DNA of 24,000 nt, taken from contig SXSU01000092.1 of NCBI GenBank assembly GCA_005793345.1, positions 111,316 to 135,315 on the forward strand, given 5' to 3'. Shown in pieces: positions 14,541 to 21,135 of this stretch (positions within the stretch are counted from its first letter, which is position 1; every line of letters starts with the position of its first letter). Origin of the DNA: Bdellovibrionales bacterium (lineage in GTDB: Bacteria; Bdellovibrionota; Bdellovibrionia; Bdellovibrionales; Bdellovibrionaceae). Under the pieces are notes generated by a model that made no database searches, was not told the origin of the DNA, and saw nothing but the letters and a program-made list of their open reading frames with translations. The position numbers and the translations under genes are program-made.

Positions 14541-15445
14541 TATTTAGATCCTCCACTCATAAACTGAATTACAACAGGTCCAAAAACCATTATAAATACT
14601 GCTGGGAGAATTAGAAAAATAATTGGTAATAAAATTGTTTGTGAGGCTTTTGCACCGGCTTTTTCAGCACGGACAAATCTTTCAAGTCTCATTTGAATGG
14701 ATTGATCCTTAAGTACTTGTGAAATGCTTGCGCCAGTTGCATCCGCATCAGCAAGTACAGCAATAAAACTAGTGATCTCACCCATGTCGAGTCTTCGAGC
14801 CATTCCTCGAAGGGATTCAATTCTTGAGGCACCAAGTTTAATGTCTTTAAGAACAATTGAAAGTTCATCCGCTAAAACAGAATTTTCTGCTTTATCAACA
14901 ATTCTTTGTATAGCACCAATAAAATCAAGTCCGGCTTCAGTAGAGAGAGCAAGTAAGTCAATAAAAAAAGGCAAATCTATGCGAACAGCATTTATGCGAG
15001 AGGTTCGTACTCCATTTGCATGTATGTCTGGTAACATATATCCAAGTGGCATTATAAAAAGGAAAACAATATACGGAAAACCAAGATCTAATGCAAAATT
15101 CATTACCAGCAAGAAAAATGGAAACATTATGCCTAAGAATAATCGTAACCCAATGTATTCATCAACAGTAAGTTCCCGCGACATACCCGAGGTCATTAAA
15201 ATTTTTTCAACTTTTTTACGATAAAATTGATCTTTAATTTTTACTGCATACTTTAAAGTAAATTGGTGGACTAGTGGGAGACAGGCGTTAATGACTTGTG
15301 ACTTTGACTTAGGGCGCTCTTCACCTTTTGCCCAAGCTAAAAACTCAGTTTGATTTTGATTGCCAAATAATACACGCAAAAAAAGATAGACAGATATACC
15401 CGTCAGCATTAATGCGGTGATTAGTATTAAATCAGCTCTTCCCAT
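14540..15445 (-). CDS. type II secretion system F-domain protein, TadB/TadC-like pilus platform protein (301 aa)
   Basis: One N-terminal TM, central hydrophobic segments and a single T2SSF-type domain (LPFFIDLLALSTEAGLDFIGAIQRIV...LGASRIESLRGMARRL...ITSFIAVLADADATGASISQVLKDQS...AEKAGAKASQTILLPIIFLILPAVFIMVFGPVV). It is the first gene of its operon; the gene to its right is divergent. Confidence 0.8.
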   Translation of the reverse strand: MGRADLILITALMLTGISVYLFLRVLFGNQNQTEFLAWAKGEERPKSKSQVINACLPLVHQFTLKYAVKIKDQFYRKKVEKILMTSGMSRELTVDEYIGLRLFLGIMFPFFLLVMNFALDLGFPYIVFLFIMPLGYMLPDIHANGVRTSRINAVRIDLPFFIDLLALSTEAGLDFIGAIQRIVDKAENSVLADELSIVLKDIKLGASRIESLRGMARRLDMGEITSFIAVLADADATGASISQVLKDQSIQMRLERFVRAEKAGAKASQTILLPIIFLILPAVFIMVFGPVVIQFMSGGSK

Positions 15446-15474
15446 TTTTAATCCTTTGTGATCAAAATAGTTTC

Positions 15475-16800
15475 ATGTATAAATTAATTTTAGCTTCACA
15501 ATCCCCACGCCGAAAAAAAATTTTAACAGAAGCAGGGTACTTATATAAAGATCTCCCTGTTAACTTATCGGAAACTCCTGATAAAAACCTAAATCTGGAC
15601 GAACAAATAATTAAGATCGCACGCGAAAAAGCAGAAGCTTGTCTAGAGTCAAATAACTATTTGAAAAATCAAAGTTATTTAATATTAGCATCAGATACTA
15701 TGGTTATTGTTGATGGAGTAATGTTGGGTAAACCAATTGATAAAAATGAAGCTAAAAAATTTTTGCGACTTTTATCTGGTCGAGATCACTTTGTTAAAAC
15801 TTCTGTTTTTGTTTTAAATTGTCAAACTTTAGAACACATAGAGGGAATAGACACAACAAAAGTATTTTTTAAAAATTTAACAGATAACGAAATAAATTCC
15901 TATGTTGAAAGTGGAGAACCAATGGATAAGGCAGGAGCCTATGGAATTCAATCTTTGGGTGGAACATTTGTAGATTACATCGATGGCTCAATGAATACTG
16001 TTGTAGGTTTGCCATTAATTTTATTTGAAAATTTACTAAAAAAAAATAATTGGTCCATTGAAGAAACAGAGTCTTCCGATAATTTAGTTCAAGAAAATTT
16101 TTTAAAATTTAAAAATATTTTTGAAGCTGAATTATTAAGAAATAATCAGATGAAAATAGGATCATTAACAAAAGCAAAGTTATTGGCAGTTTCTAAAACA
16201 CATCCACTTTCAAAAATAAAATCTGTTTATAAAAAAGGCCAAAGACTTTTTGGCGAAAATTATGTACAAGAAGCGAACTTAAAAGTTGAAGAAGCTCGAT
16301 CAGAACACTTAGACATTGAGTGGCATTTTATCGGTAAACTTCAGCGAAATAAAGTAAAAGATGTTATTGGTCGTTTTGCTTTAATACATTCGGTTGATAA
16401 TTTAGATTTGGCAAAAAAAGTTTCATCAATTGCTGAGCAAAAACAACTTAATCAAAAGTGTCTTCTTCAGTTAAATATCGGAAGTGAAGATACAAAATCT
16501 GGTTTTTCTCCAGTGGAACTTTTAAGTTGTATGTCAGAGCTTATAAAGTTACCGAATGTCACTTGGCAAGGTGTAATGTCTATGCCACCATTAACTGAAG
16601 ACGAACAAAAAGTTCGTGGATTTTTAAGACAAACAAAGGATGTTTTTGAAAAAATAAAATCAAATTTACCTAAAGAATTTATTTCTGAATGGAAACATAT
16701 ATCAATGGGTACCACTCATGATTTTAAAATTGCTCTTCAAGAAGGATCTACATTTATTCGAGTTGGAACTGCAATATTCGGAGAAAGAGAATACACGTGA
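15475..16800 (+). CDS. maf-yggS: Maf nucleotide pyrophosphatase fused to a YggS-family PLP-binding protein (441 aa)
   Basis: Maf motifs in aa 1-190: LILASQSPRRKKIL, ASDTMV, DKAGAYGIQ. YggS motifs in aa ~225-441: LLAVSKTHP (PLP lysine), FGENYVQE, WHFIGKLQRNK, SMGTTHDF, FIRVGTAIFGER. This is a single uninterrupted ORF. Confidence 0.85.
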   Translation: MYKLILASQSPRRKKILTEAGYLYKDLPVNLSETPDKNLNLDEQIIKIAREKAEACLESNNYLKNQSYLILASDTMVIVDGVMLGKPIDKNEAKKFLRLLSGRDHFVKTSVFVLNCQTLEHIEGIDTTKVFFKNLTDNEINSYVESGEPMDKAGAYGIQSLGGTFVDYIDGSMNTVVGLPLILFENLLKKNNWSIEETESSDNLVQENFLKFKNIFEAELLRNNQMKIGSLTKAKLLAVSKTHPLSKIKSVYKKGQRLFGENYVQEANLKVEEARSEHLDIEWHFIGKLQRNKVKDVIGRFALIHSVDNLDLAKKVSSIAEQKQLNQKCLLQLNIGSEDTKSGFSPVELLSCMSELIKLPNVTWQGVMSMPPLTEDEQKVRGFLRQTKDVFEKIKSNLPKEFISEWKHISMGTTHDFKIALQEGSTFIRVGTAIFGEREYT

Positions 16801-17639
16801 GTTTAAGTCATATCATTCAAAATCCAAATCATAAGATTGGTTTTTTAGGTGCAGGAAACATGACAACTGTTTTTTTGCGTAGATTAATAGAGTCAAATAC
16901 TCTAACACCAAAACAAATTATGGTGAGTAATCGTACTGATGGTAAATTACAAAAACTAAAGTCAACTTACGATATTTTAATAGCAAACACAAATGAGCAA
17001 CTTGTTGATGAGTGTGATGTTGTAATTATTGCTGTAAAACCACAAGATTTTAATGAAGCTTTAGAGCCAATTGCATCATCTTTTAAACCCGATCAAATAG
17101 TAATTAGTTTAGCTGCGGGTTTAGCATTAAATTCACTTTATAAAATAGTGCCCAATGTAAGATGGGCCAGAGTCATGCCTAATACTCCTTCAAGAATCGG
17201 CCATGGGGTTATTGGATTGTGCACGCGTGATAAAAAAGATGTGGGGCTTGAAGAGTATATTAAATCTTTATTAGCTTCTCTTGGAACAATTATTTCTGTT
17301 GAGAGTGAAGAAGATTTTAATACAATTATGATTTCATCCTCATCAGGCACTGGTTTTGTTTTTGAGTTGATGAGTTATTGGCAAGAGTGGATTGAAGAAC
17401 GTGGGTTTACGGCTGAAGAGGCTCGTCAAATCACAGTTGAAACTTTTTTCGGAGCATCGCTATTAGCACAACAAAGTCCAAATATTTCATTTGTTGAATT
17501 AGTTTCAGCCGTAGCTTCTAAAAAAGGAGTCACTGCCGCAGGTTTGGATTCGATGAGAGAAACAGAAGTAGAGAGAGCCCTACGCATAAGTTTTGAAAAA
17601 GCTTGGATTCGCAATCAAGAGATTGCGAAATTAGTTTAA
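16797..17639 (+). CDS. proC: pyrroline-5-carboxylate reductase
   Basis: The GTG start overlaps the upstream TGA (GTGA). Rossmann motif KIGFLGAGNM, then VIIAVKPQD, RVMPNTP and the C-terminal ASKKGVTAAGL, all typical of ProC. Length is 280 aa. Confidence 0.9.
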   Translation: MSLSHIIQNPNHKIGFLGAGNMTTVFLRRLIESNTLTPKQIMVSNRTDGKLQKLKSTYDILIANTNEQLVDECDVVIIAVKPQDFNEALEPIASSFKPDQIVISLAAGLALNSLYKIVPNVRWARVMPNTPSRIGHGVIGLCTRDKKDVGLEEYIKSLLASLGTIISVESEEDFNTIMISSSSGTGFVFELMSYWQEWIEERGFTAEEARQITVETFFGASLLAQQSPNISFVELVSAVASKKGVTAAGLDSMRETEVERALRISFEKAWIRNQEIAKLV

Positions 17640-17650
17640 ATAATTGCTCC

Positions 17651-17781
17651 CTGCTCAATAATCCCCTCAATTATTAAAGCTGTGCATTTTTTTAAAGTAA
17701 AATGGAGTTGACTCCGAATTACTTTAAAGTAAAATGGAGTTGACTCCGAATTACTTTGTACTTTGACTCTAAACAAAAGGT
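17651..17781. repeat. direct repeat copy A (131 bp) containing a 32-bp tandem duplication of a palindromic module
   Basis: Once one 32-bp unit is removed, copy A matches copy B (18560-18658) at 97 of 99 positions. The module AAAGTAAAATGGAGTTGACTCCGAATTACTTT occurs at 17694-17725 and 17726-17757. Outer arms are AAAGTAA/TTACTTT and inner arms are GGAG/CTCC. Confidence 0.85.
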
Positions 17782-18081
17782 GGAATTGCCCAGATTACGC
17801 CTGAGACTCTAAAAGCATTGCAAGATCCTAATGGTGAGGTTAAAGATTTCATTTTTAGAAATATTCGGAAGAAAGATTTGAAAAATCCAAATATTGCAAT
17901 TCCTTTGGCCATTAGATGGCTATCACGTAAAAAAAGATTAGCAGAAGGAAAGCTGGGTAGAGCTGCAACTGCGGAGGAAATTATTTTGGAATATAAAGGG
18001 CTTCTAAAAAGCAAAAGTGAATTTAAAAACAACGCTGTCGAAAAATTTAGAGAAGAATATGGCAAGCTTACAGCGAAATAA
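17773..18081 (+). pseudogene. 5'-truncated lytic-transglycosylase (SLT)-like gene fragment
   Basis: The frame is open from the TAA at 17770-17772, which lies inside repeat copy A. It reads TKGGIAQITPETLKALQDPNGE...NIAIPLAIRWL. GIAQITPET resembles the SLT motif G-L-M-Q-I/V-x-P-x-T. The catalytic Glu-Ser region expected upstream is absent. The only available start is a TTG at 17818. Confidence 0.4.
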
Positions 18082-18586
18082 GCATTCGATCATTTTCGTA
18101 TTTTATTTATTTTTGCAAGGTTGTACTACAAGCTCATTTTATAACGTTGGTAAACCAAATGCATCAGGAACAGAAATAAAAGTTAGTCCAGATAGAATTA
18201 TCACAGAGTGTGAATTTATTACTGATTATGATGGAGATCAAAAAAGTCCTTATGGTTTTATGATACACATTTTAGACTTACAAAATACCGTGATCACCGT
18301 CAGCAATGGAGTAGTCCTTGAAAAAGAATATTGCTTTGAAAGACAGGTGGCAGTAGATAAGATTATTAAAAATGCCCAATCAGTTATAGTAAGTGGACGA
18401 GGAAATGCTGAAGCCCCGATTGTTAAGGGGGAGTTTAAACACACCTTTAAAAGACATGGCACTTATTATGGTAACGGTCGTAGTCTTAATTTTTTAGCTA
18501 TTTGGAATAATAGAGAAGATTGTTATAGTGGATTTAACGGTGAAGACGATCCTTGTCTGCTGCTCAATAATCCCCTCAATTATTAA
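18059..18586 (+). CDS. putative lipoprotein (175 aa)
   Basis: Track ORF trimmed to ATG 18059, giving MASLQRNKHSIIFVFYLFLQGC, a signal peptide with a lipobox-like LQGC. Five Cys in the mature part. The last 8 codons plus the stop lie inside repeat copy B. Confidence 0.55.
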   Translation: MASLQRNKHSIIFVFYLFLQGCTTSSFYNVGKPNASGTEIKVSPDRIITECEFITDYDGDQKSPYGFMIHILDLQNTVITVSNGVVLEKEYCFERQVAVDKIIKNAQSVIVSGRGNAEAPIVKGEFKHTFKRHGTYYGNGRSLNFLAIWNNREDCYSGFNGEDDPCLLLNNPLNY

Positions 18587-18658
18587 AGCTGTGCATTTTT
18601 TAAAAGTAAATTGGAGTTGACTCCGAATTACTTTGTACTTTGACTCTAAACAAAAGGT
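18560..18658. repeat. direct repeat copy B (99 bp) with one palindromic 32-bp module
   Basis: CTGCTCAATAATCCCCTCAATTATTAAAGCTGTGCA...GGAGTTGACTCCGAATTACTTTGTACTTTGACTCTAAACAAAAGGT. There are two substitutions relative to copy A. It ends 6 nt before the ATPase ATG at 18665. Confidence 0.85.
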
Positions 18659-18664
18659 TAGTTT

Positions 18665-19810
18665 ATGGCTTCGAAAACTAAACTCAAAGAACGTTTATAT
18701 GCATCCTACATACTTAAAGATCTTGGAAAAAAAATGGTTTTTTTAGGTGGCCCACGTCAAGTAGGTAAAACAACACTGGCAACAGAGTTTCTAAAAAAAT
18801 ATTATGATGGGCATCCTGCATATTTGAACTGGGATAATGAAATATCAAGAAAGAAAATATTAAAGTCTGAATGGTCAAAAGATGAACCCCTAATTATCTT
18901 TGATGAAATTCATAAAAAAAAAGGGTGGCAAAGTTTTATAAAAGGGATTTGGGATGTCTGGAAGAATACTCAAAAATTTCTAATTACTGGTTCGGCACGA
19001 TTAGATATTTTTCGTAAAGGAGGCGATTCAATGTTGGGTCGCTACCATTACTATAGATTACATCCATATTCACTTCCAGAACTTGGATATAGTGAAAAAA
19101 ATTTAACTCTCCTATTTAAATTCGGAGGTTTTCCTGAGCCATTAATAGAACAAGATGAAGTTGAGTTAAGAAGATGGCACCTTCAAAGAGTTGCAAAATT
19201 AGTAAGAATTGATTTAAGAGATTTAGAGTCAATAACTGATTTAGATAAAGTTGAAATTCTAGCTGATACTTTACCTTCAAGAGTGGGGAGTGGGTTGTCT
19301 TATAAATCATTGGCAGAAGATTTAGAAGTGTCAGATAAAACAGTAAAGCATTGGGTGCAGATGCTTGAAAACTTATATTATTGTTATTTGATACCTCCGT
19401 TTGGCTCTCCCAAAATAAAAGCTATAAAAAAAACTTCCAAATTATATTTGTGGGATTGGTCGCAGGTTGAAAATCCAGGATTTAGATTTGAGAATATGGT
19501 CGCCTCGCATCTCTTGAAGCTTTGTGATTTTTGGCAAGATGTTTTAGGTTATAAAGCAGAGCTTCGTTACATCAGAGATGAAACAGGTAAAGAATGTGAT
19601 TTTGTCGTGATTAAAGATCGTAAACCAATATTTGCCGTTGAATGTAAGTTGAGTGATACCGATGTTTCACCGTCTTTGATTTTTTTTAAATCAAAGTTAG
19701 ATATTCCAATGTGGTATCAAGTTCACTTGAATGGAAAAAAAAGAATTATTGAACCAAATTTTAAAATTTTATCCTTTGATGAGTTCTGCAAAGAAATCAA
19801 AGCAATCTGA
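18665..19810 (+). CDS. AAA_14 / DUF4143-type ATPase (COG1373-like) with a C-terminal PD-(D/E)xK motif (381 aa)
   Basis: Walker A is LGGPRQVGKTTL and Walker B is LIIFDEIHK. Also present are GSARLD...LGRYHYYRLHPYSLPE and FENMVASHLLK. The C-terminal ECDFVV...FAVECKLSD gives D312...E326-x-K328. Confidence 0.85.
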   Translation: MASKTKLKERLYASYILKDLGKKMVFLGGPRQVGKTTLATEFLKKYYDGHPAYLNWDNEISRKKILKSEWSKDEPLIIFDEIHKKKGWQSFIKGIWDVWKNTQKFLITGSARLDIFRKGGDSMLGRYHYYRLHPYSLPELGYSEKNLTLLFKFGGFPEPLIEQDEVELRRWHLQRVAKLVRIDLRDLESITDLDKVEILADTLPSRVGSGLSYKSLAEDLEVSDKTVKHWVQMLENLYYCYLIPPFGSPKIKAIKKTSKLYLWDWSQVENPGFRFENMVASHLLKLCDFWQDVLGYKAELRYIRDETGKECDFVVIKDRKPIFAVECKLSDTDVSPSLIFFKSKLDIPMWYQVHLNGKKRIIEPNFKILSFDEFCKEIKAI

Positions 19811-19859
19811 TAATTAATTCCTTGTAACATATGTCGGATTTAAGGTATAATTCCGATAT

Positions 19860-21008
19860 ATGATACAGCGAATATGTAATTTATCGAATTCACATAGCTT
19901 TTTCTTGTTTGGACCGCGAGGTGTTGGCAAAACTACCTTTCTTGAACATTGGGCTAAGGGGCAAAATGTTTTTTACGTTGATTTGCTTGACCCTGAAATT
20001 TCACATCGTTACTCCTTAAGACCTCAATTGTTGATTTCTGATTGGGAAGTGAAAAAAGCTGAATGGATCATTGTTGATGAAATTCAAAAAATACCTGAAC
20101 TGCTTGATGTTGTTCAAAAACAAATGCGAAAAAAAAATGTATACTTTGCTTTAACAGGGTCCAGTGCTCGAAAACTTCGAAGAGGCGCTTCTAACTTGTT
20201 AGGAGGGAGAGCTTTTGAATTTCATTTCCATCCGTTAACTCATATTGAATTAGGATCATCTTTCAATCTTTTAGAAGCTTTGAAGTGGGGAACCTTACCC
20301 TATATTGGTGAGCTATCTGATGCAAATAAAGTTAGAAGTTTATACTCGTATGTTTCTACTTACTTAAAAGAAGAAATTTTAGTTGAGCAGATAGTTCGAA
20401 AAATTGAACCTTTTCGAAGATTTTTAGAAGTGGCAGCACAGATGAACGGAAAAATTTTAAATTATGCAAAAATAGCAAGAGACTCAGGAGTTGAAGAAAG
20501 AAGCGTTGCTCGATATTTTCAAATCTTAGACGATACATTAGTAGGGTTTCACTTGTATCCATTTGAAAAGTCATTGAGAAAGCAGCAATCTCAAAAAGCA
20601 AAATTTTATTTTTTTGATACAGGTGTAACTCGTGCTTTGCAAAATAAAATCACCTTAGATCTAAACACTATGACAAAAGATTATGGTGATTATTTTGAGC
20701 AGTTTCTTGTATTAGAATTTTTTAGGTTAAATGATTACTATGAAAAGCATTTTGAATTTTCGTACTTTCGATCAAATGATAGTCTCGAGGTAGATTTGAT
20801 TGTTAAGCGTCCTGGGAAACCTGAAATTCTCATAGAAATAAAATCACATGATTATTTTAATGAAGAGGATTCAAAGAATTTAGAGATAATTTCAAAAAAT
20901 TTCCTAAACCCTGAAATGTATGTTTTATCTAATTGTAAAAAGCCTACTAATGTTCGAGGTGTTCAATTTATTCATTGGCAAGATGGGATTAAAAATATTT
21001 TTGCGTAA
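19860..21008 (+). CDS. AAA_14 / DUF4143-type ATPase paralog with a C-terminal PD-(D/E)xK motif (382 aa)
   Basis: Walker A is LFGPRGVGKTTF and Walker B is WIIVDEIQK. Also present is GSSARKL...LGGRAFEFHFHPLTHIE. The C-terminal motif is EVDLIV...ILIEIKSHD. It lies 49 nt downstream of the first paralog on the same strand. Confidence 0.85.
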   Translation: MIQRICNLSNSHSFFLFGPRGVGKTTFLEHWAKGQNVFYVDLLDPEISHRYSLRPQLLISDWEVKKAEWIIVDEIQKIPELLDVVQKQMRKKNVYFALTGSSARKLRRGASNLLGGRAFEFHFHPLTHIELGSSFNLLEALKWGTLPYIGELSDANKVRSLYSYVSTYLKEEILVEQIVRKIEPFRRFLEVAAQMNGKILNYAKIARDSGVEERSVARYFQILDDTLVGFHLYPFEKSLRKQQSQKAKFYFFDTGVTRALQNKITLDLNTMTKDYGDYFEQFLVLEFFRLNDYYEKHFEFSYFRSNDSLEVDLIVKRPGKPEILIEIKSHDYFNEEDSKNLEIISKNFLNPEMYVLSNCKKPTNVRGVQFIHWQDGIKNIFA

Positions 21009-21135
21009 AATTTGTCATTAAGAGTAAAAAGCTAGACTTTTGATTTAAAAAATTTAGTTTTAAAATTTAGTTTTAAATTATATCCTTAACTAAAAATTAA
21101 CTTGGGTTTGAAAATACTTTTGCCGAATAAAAAGT

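Noticed and set aside
14520-14581. Apparent 1-nt offset between my hand-indexing of the printed sequence and the ORF-track coordinates at the TadC-like / DUF192 junction
   Set aside because: Anchors on both sides (14190, 14203, 14724 and 15445) agree with the track, and both ORFs translate intact. I attribute the offset to my manual reading and used the track coordinates. Hand-derived motif coordinates elsewhere may be off by 1 nt.
14724-15224. 166-aa ORF antisense to the TadC-like gene
   Set aside because: It lies entirely inside, and opposite to, a gene with clear family motifs. Its composition is Ser/Ala/Ile-rich and low in complexity, with no ribosome-binding site or recognisable motif. 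It is probably a shadow ORF.
1443-20601. Other short nested or antisense track ORFs: 1443-1634, 3418-3621, 6023-6226, 6808-7098, 7099-7350, 7623-7847, 16467-16715, 17138-17350, 17426-17614, 17769-18065, 18250-18462, 19116-19310, 20356-20601 and 23559-23747
   Set aside because: Each lies within or opposite a longer ORF that has strong family signatures. They are 62-98 aa with no motifs, which is typical of spurious ORFs. ORF 3418-3621 overlaps the start of the CpoB-like gene and its promoter region.
21049-21074. 13-bp perfect tandem duplication AAAATTTAGTTTT upstream of the histidine kinase, as a distinct regulatory element
   Set aside because: It is a two-copy, A/T-only sequence in an AT-rich spacer, so replication slippage is the simplest explanation. 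It is mentioned under the kinase finding only.
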